A DNA stretch of 64,000 nt, taken from Thraustochytrium aureum. Lineage: Eukaryota. The stretch spans positions 174,411 to 238,410 of the forward strand of contig BLSG01000411.1 of NCBI GenBank assembly GCA_012862495.1, given 5' to 3'. Shown piece by piece: positions 21,230 to 32,147 of the stretch. Position numbers and translations under genes: made by a program. Each line of letters starts with the position of its first letter. Position 1 is the first letter of the stretch. Below the pieces are notes generated by a model, which searched no databases, was not told the origin of the DNA, and worked only from the letters and a program-made list of their open reading frames with translations.

Positions 21230-23158
21230 CTACCGAGTCTTGATGCGTTGCGTCCACTGCTCTGGCGCCAGCATGATCCGCTGCGAGGCCTCCTCAAAAG
21301 TGAGCTGCTCGCGCAAAATGTCACGGGCAGCGTCGAGGAGCTCGCTCGCGTTGCAGCAGAGGATACCAACCACAATGTTGTTGCGAAGGTAGTAGACGAT
21401 TCCGCGCTCGAAGGCGGTCTCTGGCAGGGGCCGGCCAGTCTTGTCGTCTCGCTTTGAAAGCCAGATCCCTGTGCTGCTCAAGTTGGAGTTGATCTGACCC
21501 ACAGCCTCAAAGAGCATCCCCGTGCCCGGCATGATGCAGCGAAACGTGGGCTGGTGGTAGTAGCGGCGCAAGCGCCCGTCCTCGCTGACCATGTTTTGGC
21601 CCGCCAAGAGCCCCGAGTTGAGAGCGTTGTCGTAAAAGTCGACGCGGCGGCGGCCCAGGATGGCGTCAAAAAACGACGCGGACGAGCCGGCCACGAACAG
21701 TCCGTTGTAGGCCTCGAGGCTCGAGTTGCACACAATTCCACCGTTGCGCCGGTCGATCTCCAGGTGGCTCGCCTTGGCGATTTCCACGTCGGGGCTCACG
21801 TTCGTGCTGGCCAGCACCACGTAGTCACAGTCCAGGAGCTCCTTGCACGTGCCCTGCATCAGCGTCAGCTTGACACGCTCAGCGTCGTGGTCCTCGTAGG
21901 TGTGGGACGACGTGTGCCCTTCAGGGAGGTCCTCCTCCGGGGTGCCATCGACATTGGCGCCGGGCGCGCGTGCCGCAAACCCGCGCGTAGAGCACGTGCC
22001 GTCGCCTTCGTCGCCGTGGTAGTCAGAGAACTCGCCCGTTCGTGTGACGGACGTCACAAGCGAGTCTGGCAAGAGCTTGACCCCTTTCGACTCTAGCTGC
22101 TCCGCGATGTGTTTGCACAGGTAGTCTGGAAAGTACTGCTGCAGCGGCGTCGACTCCACAAATGTCTGCACGATTTCATTCGGCGTGCTCACCTCAAGGT
22201 TCATCTCAGCCAGTGCCGCGCAAAGCGTGGTCCCCAAATAGCCGCCCCCAACGACGACCACCCGTTGCCCGCCCCTGGAAACGACGCGGTGCAGGTCGTG
22301 AAAGTCCTGCACGTCCTTGAGCGTGTTGATCTTGTCCTTGAGCGTGTAGGAAATGCTAGAGCGCAGCACGTAGAGCTCGCGCGGTTTGCCGGGCGGCGCC
22401 AACAGGCACTTGCCGTACGAGAGCACGCTGCCGTCGGACAGGGTGATGGTCTTCTCTTCCGGGTTGATCTGCACCTCTGACGAGTCCTCGATGAGGACCG
22501 AGACCGAGTGGGCCGTCTCATTGCCGCCCCTGCTGTGGTCCTCGCCCTGCGAGTTGCGCCGCGTCCCCCACTTGCGCACGTTGGTGGCGGAAACCGAGGC
22601 GGGATCCGTCGCCGCGCCGCCGCCGCCACCGCCGCCGCCGCCGCTCCCGAAGCTCGAGTGCTCGTCCGAGCCGAGCCTGCAGGCGATGTGGCGTCGCCAC
22701 TCGTTGTAAACGTCTTGCAGCAGGTCTGGGAGGAAGTCTGCGCCCCATACATCCATGTCCATCCGCTGGATGTGCTGCTCCTCTGAGATCAGCAAGATCG
22801 AGGCGTGCGGCTTGGACTGCCGAATCGCCTCCAGTGCCGTGAATGCGGCCGTCCCCGACCCGCAGATCACATACTCGTAGTGGTGGATCGCAGGCCGCGG
22901 CCTTGAGTTGACTCTGCGCCGCGTCATGGCAATGCCGCCCATCTCCAGCGCCTCGTCCTCTGCCTCTCCGACCACCGTAGTGGCCCCGCGCATCGCCGCC
23001 CAGCCCAGCACGCCGGCAGCCGCGCCTCCGGCAGCAGCAGCGCGCCACCGGCCGTTCGTCTCCTGCCTCGCCTCGCCCATCCACATCGACCTCGTCGCCC
23101 ATCTTCGCGCCGCGCCGTAGGCCGCCATCCGCGCGGCGCCGCCGCGTCGGGCCCACAT
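21230..23158 (-). CDS. Apoptosis-inducing factor (AIFM1)-like mitochondrial flavoprotein, divergent
   Basis: Arg-rich presequence-like start, short hydrophobic segment, YVICGSGTAA, VVVGGGYLG, LGRRRVDFYDNALNSGLLAGQNM, FEAVG and RGIVYYLRNNIVVGIL match the AIF layout. Confidence 0.82.
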   Translation of the reverse strand: MWARRGGAARMAAYGAARRWATRSMWMGEARQETNGRWRAAAAGGAAAGVLGWAAMRGATTVVGEAEDEALEMGGIAMTRRRVNSRPRPAIHHYEYVICGSGTAAFTALEAIRQSKPHASILLISEEQHIQRMDMDVWGADFLPDLLQDVYNEWRRHIACRLGSDEHSSFGSGGGGGGGGGAATDPASVSATNVRKWGTRRNSQGEDHSRGGNETAHSVSVLIEDSSEVQINPEEKTITLSDGSVLSYGKCLLAPPGKPRELYVLRSSISYTLKDKINTLKDVQDFHDLHRVVSRGGQRVVVVGGGYLGTTLCAALAEMNLEVSTPNEIVQTFVESTPLQQYFPDYLCKHIAEQLESKGVKLLPDSLVTSVTRTGEFSDYHGDEGDGTCSTRGFAARAPGANVDGTPEEDLPEGHTSSHTYEDHDAERVKLTLMQGTCKELLDCDYVVLASTNVSPDVEIAKASHLEIDRRNGGIVCNSSLEAYNGLFVAGSSASFFDAILGRRRVDFYDNALNSGLLAGQNMVSEDGRLRRYYHQPTFRCIMPGTGMLFEAVGQINSNLSSTGIWLSKRDDKTGRPLPETAFERGIVYYLRNNIVVGILCCNASELLDAARDILREQLTFEEASQRIMLAPEQWTQRIKTR

Positions 23159-23329
23159 TCCCCTCTGCCTGAGCCCGCCCGCCGCCCGCCGCCGGCCCAA
23201 CCGACGACGCGTCCCCCCGGCCTGCACGCCGACCTACCCAAGGAACGCCGGCGCGCCTTTTTCAGCCACGCGACCCTGGCGAACACGGGCGCGGCCGCCC
23301 TCACCGCTATCCTGCGCGCGCTCCACTTG

Positions 23330-23612
23330 CCCGCCTGCCCGCCTGCCTGCCTGCCCGCCTGCCTGCCTGCGCGCCTGCCTGCCTGCCCGCTGGTCGTTGC
23401 GCGACTGCTGTTCGAGCCCCGACAGACTGTACTCTTGATCTTGAAGGGATAGTGAGTAGGATCCACTTGCGAGATGCGTCCCGTGGCGAGTCTGGCTGGC
23501 TGGCTGGCTGGCTGGCGTCGCGCGGGCGGGCGGGCGCCGCTGGCGGTCGTCGTCGGTTGGAACGGAGCGGGCCGGTCTTTGGCAGCTTGCTTTGCGGAGC
23601 ATTTTCTGGACG

Positions 23613-23646
<34 letters not shown>

Positions 23647-23655
23647 ACGGCTGGA
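23330..23655. repeat. Cluster of (GCCT)n and (GGCT)n tetranucleotide microsatellites
   Basis: gcctgcctgcct at about 23330-23390; ctggctggctgg at about 23492-23515 and 23613-23650. Confidence 0.8.
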
Positions 23656-24323
23656 CGGCATGCTGCAAGGGTGCTCGAGCGAAGAGCAACTCCAACGCGC
23701 GGCGCGCTCGAAGGTGCAGGTACTTCAAGTGCTTGCTCTCTCTCTCTCTGTCTCTACTTGCCGAGCTAGAGCTCTAGAGCTTGAGTACCGGTACCTGGAC
23801 TTGCGCCCGCTGCGCCGGGATGCTCTGGCGACGGCGCTGGCGGCCATCGTGATGTCGTTGGGATGGAGCGGGCCCAGCGGCGGGGACCGGCTGGGGCCGG
23901 GCGCTGCGCGGGGCTCGTGCAGCAAGCTGCATCGAGTCGCGCGCTGCAATCTGCATCAAATCGAGCGCTCGTGAGACGCGAGCCTTTGTCTACATGAGAC
24001 GAGACGGCTAGCAGTGCACGCAGGGGACCGAAGGCTGGGGAGCCACGCGTTGCCAGCCCCCGAAAAGCGCGATGCCAGCGCTCGCCAGCGGGAAACCCCA
24101 GGAAGCTGAGCGGCGTCTCTTGCGCGCGAGCCACCCGAGCAAAGACCACGCGGCTGTTCGATGTGTCCGCCCTGGCAGGGCGGAGGAGGACGCGATGATG
24201 TGACGCAGTGCACTGACGAGAGTGGTTTGGAATGCGGCCAGCCCAGGGGCGGAAAGGCGCTTCTGCATCCGCTGATGGCAGTCTGGCTTCAGAGCAGGCA
24301 GTCGTCTGAAGAGCAACTCATCA

Positions 24324-24368
24324 CCACTGCGTCCACTGCGTCCACTGCGTCCACTGCGTGCACTGCGT
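24324..24368. repeat. Tandem repeat, 5 x 9 bp (CCACTGCGT)
   Basis: Read directly, about 45 bp upstream of the ATG at 24412. Confidence 0.9.
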
Positions 24369-24411
24369 GCAGGACGCCCTCGACCAGGACGAGCGCAACA
24401 AAGCAACGGGG

Positions 24412-25944
24412 ATGGCGGACACACTGGAGTTCGGCGCAGCCGGGTCCTCAGAGACCGTGAAAGCCGTGCTTGCAGACGGCCTGCGCGCCGCGGGCCACCT
24501 GGAGCAGGCCGACCGGCTGGAGAAGGAGAAAAAATGGAGGCTCAAGTACACGGAGCACCTTATTGAGCTGCAAAAGCTCATGCTGGCCGACCCCGCGGAC
24601 TGCACGGTGATCGCCAAGGCGGCGCTCAAGAGCTTGCACTCGCGGATGCTTTGGAAGGGGATCCCACTCGAGCAGGTCAAGCCGACTGCGCACAACTTCA
24701 ACACACAAGTTGTGCAAGGCAGCGGGGCGAACCCCGCCGCCTTTGTGCTGCCTGTCCCAAAGCACAGCGCGGCAGCGACGGCCACCGCATCGGACCGAAG
24801 CGCGCAAGTGCGCCACTTGTCCGAACCCGGGGCCATTCTCGCCGAGGTGGAGCGCTGGGTAGAGCGCGGCATTTGCGAGCCGAGCGTGCTGGATGCCATG
24901 CGTGCGTTCCTGACCGAGAGCCGCTTCCGCGACTTTTCGCGGGACGCATACGTGTGCCTTGGCGCGGGGTCCGAGATGGGCGCCGCCAGGACGCTGCTGG
25001 CGCTCGGAGCCACCGTCGTCGCCATCGAGCTGCCCGGCAAGGAGGCAGTCTGGGACCACTTGGTGGAGATTGCGCGCAAGTCCGCCGGCCGCCTTGTGAT
25101 CCCCGTGCAGGCGGACGGACGCCGCGGGGCGGACATCATCAAGGACCTCCCCAACCTCATGGCTTGGCTAGCCGAGTGCGAGCCCGAGCGCCGCCTCATC
25201 ATCGGCTCCTATCTGTACCTCGATGGCGCCAAGTTTGTCAAGCTCGCTGCGGCCGCAGACCGACTCAGCTCCGCCCTTCTCGAAGCGCGCCAAGACACTG
25301 TGCTCGGGTACTTGTGCTCCCCCACAGAGGCATTTTGCGTGCCAGAGAAAAATGCAGCCTGGGCAAAGCAGCGGTTCGAGGGCGAGTCTCGGTTGCTCGA
25401 CCTCGCGCTGCGCCGCGTGCCCACCGCGCTCGAACCAAACCGGCCCGAGCCTGCCACGCAGAGTGGCCTTCTCTTGCAAGACTGCTATACTAGCGAGCAA
25501 GGACCAAACTACGCGGTGGCCAAGCTGGTACAGCGCTTCCGCACGATTGCCGAGGGCCCGCGCCGCGCCATTGCCAACGTGGCCCCGGCGTCGCTCACAA
25601 ACTCTGTCATGCACATGTGGATTGTCAAGGTTGGCATCCTGGGCTGCGAGCGATTTGGGATCGTCCCCTTCCTGCCCGAGACCTCGAACGCGATCATGAC
25701 GGCGCTCCTGGTGCACGATGCCAACACGCTTGACGACCCAGCCATTGCACAAGCTGCGGCTGCCAACCCGTTCTTGATGTTCCAGAGATCTGCGGTCCAT
25801 GGCGGGACTTGGACGTCTGCTTTCAAGACGTCGTCTACGACGCGGATCTCTGTACTCGTGCACTTTCTCAACATGCTCGACTCTGCGCCAGCCAAGGCCA
25901 GCTTGGCGCTTGCTCTCGGAGCGGCGATCTCCTCGCGCCTCTGA
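24412..25944 (+). CDS. Uncharacterised Rossmann/SDR-like protein
   Basis: VCLGAGSEMG Gly-rich loop followed by LLALGATVVAI; QGPNYAVAK (YxxxK); NVAPASLTNSV; HGGTW; hydrophobic C-terminus. Confidence 0.7.
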   Translation: MADTLEFGAAGSSETVKAVLADGLRAAGHLEQADRLEKEKKWRLKYTEHLIELQKLMLADPADCTVIAKAALKSLHSRMLWKGIPLEQVKPTAHNFNTQVVQGSGANPAAFVLPVPKHSAAATATASDRSAQVRHLSEPGAILAEVERWVERGICEPSVLDAMRAFLTESRFRDFSRDAYVCLGAGSEMGAARTLLALGATVVAIELPGKEAVWDHLVEIARKSAGRLVIPVQADGRRGADIIKDLPNLMAWLAECEPERRLIIGSYLYLDGAKFVKLAAAADRLSSALLEARQDTVLGYLCSPTEAFCVPEKNAAWAKQRFEGESRLLDLALRRVPTALEPNRPEPATQSGLLLQDCYTSEQGPNYAVAKLVQRFRTIAEGPRRAIANVAPASLTNSVMHMWIVKVGILGCERFGIVPFLPETSNAIMTALLVHDANTLDDPAIAQAAAANPFLMFQRSAVHGGTWTSAFKTSSTTRISVLVHFLNMLDSAPAKASLALALGAAISSRL

Positions 25945-26331
25945 ACGCCTCTGAACCGATGAAGCCGAGGCCTGCTAGTTGCGCAGTGCATTCTCGCTTG
26001 TGGCCGTGCTGCGCGGGCCCCGAGAGCGCAGCGAGCACAGCGAAGACTGCCGACCACTGCCTGGCGTGCGGTACATGACCAACACCTCCAAGTAACTATG
26101 AACCTCAAAAACGTCCAAAAGTCCTGCCGCATCGCCCGCAGCTTTGAAACGAGAGCAGGCCAACGCCCTTGCCAGCTTTACATCCGAGCCTGCGCGGCGA
26201 GCCAGCGGAGGACCGGGCTCTCGCGGCTCTTGTCACGACTAGCAGCCTCAAGCGCCTTGCTTGCTCGAGAAAAAGAAGGCCAAAAACATGGCTTCCGCGT
26301 CCGGCAACACCACCGCCTCCACCAGTCCCGG

Positions 26332-29300
26332 ATGCTGCGGCAGCTGCTCACAGCGGCGCCCTTTCCAGGCACCCGAGCGAGGCGCCTGCGCCACCACGCT
26401 GCGCGCGCACTCGAGCAGCGGCGAGAGCAGAGGGCTTGGCGGCCTGCGCCAGCGGGGAGGGCAGGCATCCAAACTCTGTACACGAACGGCCCGCGTGGTC
26501 GCGGCGCGACCACCTGCCTGAACGCCCCCCACGCCCGGAGCCTCCAGACAGCCGCAGTTCGCGCGATGGAAAGTGCCGAGGATGCGCCGCAGCGCAGCGC
26601 GGTACCGCCTGGTAGCGGGCCGGTGGGGGCCCAAGGCCCGCCGCAGAGCGAAGAAGCTGTGGAGCGACCAGCCCTCGCTGGCCGAAAAAGCATGTCCTCG
26701 CGCCTCACGCCCCGAGAGCGCAAAGCCCTGTACGATCGCAAAGTCGCGAAACGCGCCGCTGCTCTCAAAGCCGCGCTCAAGAGGATGTTCGAGCAAGCGG
26801 GCGCGCCAAACGACGACAACGCAAAGGAACGTTTCTTGCGGGCCCTTGAAGAGCTTTTCGCGCGACGGAAAAACGGCACCATTTACCGCCTAGACGGTGC
26901 CTCGTGGAAGCGAGCCAAGGCGGCGATCGCGGAGGCGATCTCGGAAACGCGCGATGAGCGTGCCCTCGCCAGGTTTCTCGACATCTGCGAAGCGATCCTT
27001 CAATCCGTGGATCGCAACAAACTGATTCACATCCTCCTCGAGAGCGCCTCTTTCGCTCGGGAGTGCGGGGGCCTGAGCGAAACATTCTCGGACGAGCTCG
27101 TGGAGCGCGCATCGCGCGTTGTGGGCGAGGGCGTTAGAAAGCTTGTTGCGGCCGCCGCCCAGCGCGACGAAGCCGACTTTAGGTCTTCAGCCTCCATCCA
27201 GACCTGGCACAAGCTGGCGGCAGCCTTCCACACGACAATCAAGCCAGATGACCTAGCAGCGTTCGCAAGCGCCCACCTCGCGTACATAAGAGCCTCCTTG
27301 GGGCCAGAGCCGGACTGGGCCAAAGTGGGTCGAAACCTCGGCATCGCCCACCGCGTGCGCGAGCTCGTTGCGCTCTCGACTGAACAAGAGGGCAGCGGGC
27401 TCCACCACCGCTTCGATTCAGACGACGCTGCGTTTTTGATCACGGTAGCCTTGAACATTGGCCAGGCTCGCTTGGCGCTGCCGCTCGCAACGACGGGGAA
27501 CGCGCCCAAGCACCTCGGCCGCTTGTTCGTTCGCACTGCGCTGGAGCTCAAGCCGCCTGAAACGCGAACCGCTTACATCTGCATGACCGAGTGCAAGCTT
27601 GAGGACGAGTTTCCTGGGCTGCTCCGCGACCACCGCACCCGAATGCTAAAGTACACAATCGAGAAGGAGCGCATCAGCGAAGGCATCTTCCACCTTCGCC
27701 GCTATGGGTGGGAGTGGGACCTCGTCGCCATGTACGTCGCGGAGCTCGCCGGCAACGGCCAGCACTTTCTGGCGCGACTCGTCTTGGAGCGCGCCGGGCT
27801 CGTGAGCGACGAACGCTTGGCGCCCCTCATTGACGACGCGATTTGTGAACAACAGGCGGCAGAGCGCCGGAGGGACTACTTGTCCTTCGACCCGGACATG
27901 GAGGCAAAGGTTCTCTTCGTTGCAGACGCTCTGTCAGCGAGCACGTTGTGCGACGACCTGCGCAGCTTGCCGCCGGGGGCGGTGCTTGGGCTCGACTCCG
28001 AGTGGCGGCCGTCTACGTACGCTTCCGGCTCGCTCTCAAGCATCATCCAGCTCGCGACCAGGGACCGCGCGTACGTACTCGATCTGCTGTGGATGGACTC
28101 GATTGCAGGGGGTGCTCATTGCGACGCGCTCGACCAGGCGCTCGCAAGCGTGTTCCAACGCCGGGACGTCTTCAAGGTTGGGTTTGGATTTTCGGGAGAC
28201 ATAAAAATCTTGGCTGGCTCCCATCCAAGAATGATCGCTTGGAAGCGGTTCGACGCCCTCGTTGACTTGCAGCACATACACCTGCTTCGCGCCGTCTCGA
28301 GTGATACCGCACCGGAGCCCCATGCAGCCTGGGAGGTCGGCTACAGAAAGTGCTCCCACGGCGGATTGGCAGACCTGGTCAAACTCGTGCTGGGGAAACA
28401 GCTGTGCAAGATTGAGCAAATGAGCGACTGGAACATTCGCCCGCTGCGACACACGCAGCTCGTCTACGCCGCCCTTGACGCCTTCTGCCTAGTCCAGGTG
28501 TTTGATCGAGTGTTCCCAAGAGGCGTGCCGCCGGACGCATTTGTATTCTTCAACGTCGGCGTCGGCCGACACGGCGAAGCTGGAACCTCGGCCGCACCAC
28601 ATGCCGCTAAAACTGCAGCAAGAGCTGATGTGGCCCAAGTGCCCGCATACGCCAGCGCAAAAGAGGCGAACGAGAGCCCCCAAGCTGTTGCCTTTGACGA
28701 AGTGGAGCAAACCCTTGTGCGCCTCTGCACTGAACGCACTTACCAATTTGAGCGGTGCGAGCCCGGCGAGTCACCCAAGCCTATGAGCGACGTGGCCATC
28801 GTAGGGATTTCGCATCCGACGGGCGCGTCCGTGAAGGAAGCAGCCCGGTTGCTGGGGGNNNNNNNNNNNNNNNNNNNNTGGAGTTGGCCTGCGTCCTCAA
28901 GAGCATGTCGTACATGGTGGAGACGGACGCCGGCTGGGCCCCAGTCATTGTGTGCTTGCGGGGCGACTGCTTTGTTGACGAAGGCAAGCTCTCAGGGGCA
29001 TTGCTCGACAAGCCTGCGCTTGCCTCAGATAGCGCGAGTCGGCGCTGCCGAAGGGCAACGCCGGCCGAGTGCGAATCGTTTTTGGGCTACAAGGTTGGAG
29101 CAATCGGCCCCGTCGCGCTGCGCGGCCCCGCGCGGGTTTTGCTTGACGCAAGTGTTGTGGAGCAAGAGCCGTCTTGCAGTGGCACCCTGTACTGCGGCGT
29201 TGGGTCTCCCAGTCACCTCCTCTTGGTGCGTTCCGGCAAGATTTTGAAACGGCTTGTGCAGGCGGAGGTTTGCGACGTCGCTACCCCACCGCGCAAGCGC

Positions 29301-30104
29301 AAGTCCAGCGCCGAGGCCGAAGGCGGCCGGAGCCGCGCCGCGAGTGCGGGAGCGCCAGGGGCGGCGCCTGCTGACGGCGAAGAGGCTGGCTCCTCAGGCG
29401 ACACCGCCACGCCGCCGCCCCGATTTATTGTGGATAACATGCTCGGTCGCCTTGGTAAGATGTTGCGGATTGTTGGGATCGACTGCATGTACGCCAGCGA
29501 CGTTGTCGGCAAGCGAACGAGTGCGCCTGCGCAGGACTTTCACGCGCACGGCCCCGACCGACGCAGCTTTGAGAAGCGCAAGCGCTACGAGGCGCGGCGG
29601 CGTGAAATTGCTGACATCCTTCGCGCCGCCCGCGAGCAGAACCGCGTGTTTCTGACAACTGATCGCAAAGCGCTGGCCAACTCGCACTCCGTGCGCATCT
29701 GCGTGCTCGACAACTTGTCCGGCCGCCGCGCACAGTTCAAGGAGCTGTCCCAGCGGTTCGGGTTTGCGCTGGAGCAGGAGGAGTTTTTGTCCCGCTGTGT
29801 CAAGTGCAACAACAAGGGTTTCGACTTTGTGAGCACTGGGGAGATTGCTCGAAAGAAGGTGCTTGGCGAAATCTCGGAGAGCCAGGTCCCCGCGGAGGTC
29901 CTGCGCAAAATGAACCGGTTCTACCGCTGCAAGAGCGCCGAGTGCGCGACCATTTACTGGGAGGGGCCCAAGTTTGACCACTGCGTGAAAAACTACGAGT
30001 TTCTCTTCGCAGACGGGCCCTCGAGCGAGGCGAGCAGCGGAGAGGACTCGGAGGCTTGCGGCGGAGGGGCGAGCCTTTCAAGCTCAGCTGCGCCAAGCGT
30101 TTGA
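26332..30104 (+). CDS. EXD3/Mut-7-like DEDDy 3'-5' exonuclease plus YbaK/ProX domain plus Mut7-C RNase domain; spans a 20-N gap
   Basis: Exonuclease motifs GLDSEW, IIQLAT, FSGD, QMSDWNIRPL...YAALDA. YbaK-like EAARLLG[V]ELACVLKS...RRATPAECESFLGYKVGAIGP...VLLD...LYCGVG. Mut7-C RFIVDNMLGRLGKMLRIVGIDC...FLTTDR...SRCVKCN...FYRC...C..IYWEG. Start codon uncertain (26098, 26332 or 26566). Confidence 0.85.
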
Positions 30105-30281
30105 AAGCCACGCTAAGCGTGTCGTTGGTTAGGTTCCTCTGAAGAGCAAGGCCAGCGGTTGCCCCGCCGAGAGGAATGCCGTGCGCCCTGAAGGCCGTGT
30201 CGCCCGGCCGCCCACGCACGGAAGACAGATAAGCTGTTCTTTTTTGACTCGTGAATAATGGATTTCGATTCGCCACCTCGA

Positions 30282-32147
30282 TCAGACAGCAGTCTTGCTG
30301 GACGAGCCGCCAGCGACGCGAGCCCCAGGCGAAGGGTCTTCTTCCTCGGAGGAGGCCGGAGCAGACGTTGCGCAGCCCGCCGCAGGAACGAGGCAACCAA
30401 AGACCACGCGTGCCACCTTGACCTGCTCGACCGGGTGAAAGGTCTGCGCAAAAGAATAGGTGAAAAAGAGCTCCATGATCCAGCCAAGCACAACTGCAGG
30501 GATCATGATGTAGATCCCCAGTTCGACCTGCGAGAACATTTCGATGCATGTGACGCTCTCGCCCGCGCAAGCGCGAATGCTCTCAGTCTGGCTGCCCACC
30601 GCTTTGGCGATGAGCAGGTTCCACTCGGCGGCGACCACCAAGAACGACAAGATGAAGACGTCCTGGCAAGCAAACCCGCCCACAATGTCAACCGCGGTGC
30701 AGAACCTGGCGAAGCGCTTGGGGCTCCCACAGCAGAGCCTGTTCCAGGGGAGGAACGTGGCCGCCAAGATGCTCACGTACTCGAACAGTGGGATCACGAC
30801 AGCGCACAGCAGGTAAACGAGCATCAAGAAAAGCGTCCCGGGAATCGAGCTGTTCAGCTCGAGCGCCTCCGGCGACGACAGAGACGAGGCAATCGTAGAT
30901 GCCGAGTACTCTGCAAAGTTGGGCCCCTCCTGCGTCGATAGCAGACCGCCGATGGAGAAGGAAATGCAAACGATGACCACGCTGGCAACCGCCAACCCGA
31001 TCTGGGCGAGCATGACAAAAAGCAGGAACAGGCGGCCAAACGTCGAGCAGCGCCGCGGTGTCGCCTCGGCAAAGGTAACAACGTCGATCATCGAGGACTT
31101 GGACGACACGTCGGCGAAATCGATGGGCGTTGCCTGGCTCGCGGCGCTGTGCTTGGACAGCGCCTCGAGGTGCTTGAGACGCATCCACTCGCCTTGCACC
31201 AGATCCCAGATCGCGGCCACGCAAAACGTGTAGATCGCAATGCGGGACTCGGCAAACACAAGGAGTCGATCGCCTCCGACCACGGTCTTGTCAATGCGCA
31301 CGCCTGCGAGGATGATCACAATCGCGAAAACGTCCACGAGGGACCACTTGGCGAGGCGCGTGAGGTTTTTGAGCATCGCGCTGCGCGTCGAAGCAGTCAT
31401 GGGGACAAACCAGGCGATGAGCATGATGAGGTTCTTCGCGTAGGGCCAAATTCCTGAGAACGCAACGATTACGATCGCGATGCCCCAGGCCCCGCCATTC
31501 GCGGCGTCGCGCACGCTCGAGATGAACGAGATGTTGTACACGACGAAGAGCTCGATGGTGTCCTCCTCTGCGCCCGCGGCCTGCAGGCTGCGGTCTGCCT
31601 GCAAAGTCCGCAAGGTGTTGGGGGTTGGGACGGGAACGCCAGCGCACCGCTGGAACTTGCCGTTGCAGTCGTTCGCGGTTTGGCATTCGATGCAGCCCGG
31701 AGAGCTGCGGTCAGCGAGGCAGTCCAAGAGGCAGTTGTCGGAAGTGCAGAGGATCGGCAGCTGGAAGCATGCGAGACAGTCGTCTGTGCCGAGCCAGCCG
31801 CGCCCGCGCATGCACGTCGCGAACGAGTCCGCGCTGCCGAGCACAAGCGACTGGCCGCACGCGAGCTGGATCTCTGAGTAGTTTGCCTTTCCGCCGCCGG
31901 TCTCCCAGTATGGCATGAACACCTCCGTATCGTTGACGCACACGTTGCTCGCCAGGCCCGGCCCAGAGCTCGCCTCCGCGTTCGGGTCGACGCTCGAGAT
32001 GATCACAGCGGACAGCCCCACGTGCGAGTAGACCTGTAGCGCAGCATTGCCCACGAGGAACAGCAGCGAGAGCCAGCCGGTGCGACTCGGGTACAACTGG
32101 TGGAGCGTGTGCTTCTCCTGCATGTCCACCTTGCCCGCCTCGTCCAT
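30282..32147 (-). CDS. Multi-pass membrane protein with PqiA-like segments and a Cys-rich extracellular region
   Basis: IVAFSGIWPYAK...LAKWSLVDVF resembles PqiA KWSMxDVF; second copy FACQDVF; many hydrophobic helices; N-terminal Cys-rich loop. Confidence 0.72.
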   Translation of the reverse strand: MDEAGKVDMQEKHTLHQLYPSRTGWLSLLFLVGNAALQVYSHVGLSAVIISSVDPNAEASSGPGLASNVCVNDTEVFMPYWETGGGKANYSEIQLACGQSLVLGSADSFATCMRGRGWLGTDDCLACFQLPILCTSDNCLLDCLADRSSPGCIECQTANDCNGKFQRCAGVPVPTPNTLRTLQADRSLQAAGAEEDTIELFVVYNISFISSVRDAANGGAWGIAIVIVAFSGIWPYAKNLIMLIAWFVPMTASTRSAMLKNLTRLAKWSLVDVFAIVIILAGVRIDKTVVGGDRLLVFAESRIAIYTFCVAAIWDLVQGEWMRLKHLEALSKHSAASQATPIDFADVSSKSSMIDVVTFAEATPRRCSTFGRLFLLFVMLAQIGLAVASVVIVCISFSIGGLLSTQEGPNFAEYSASTIASSLSSPEALELNSSIPGTLFLMLVYLLCAVVIPLFEYVSILAATFLPWNRLCCGSPKRFARFCTAVDIVGGFACQDVFILSFLVVAAEWNLLIAKAVGSQTESIRACAGESVTCIEMFSQVELGIYIMIPAVVLGWIMELFFTYSFAQTFHPVEQVKVARVVFGCLVPAAGCATSAPASSEEEDPSPGARVAGGSSSKTAV

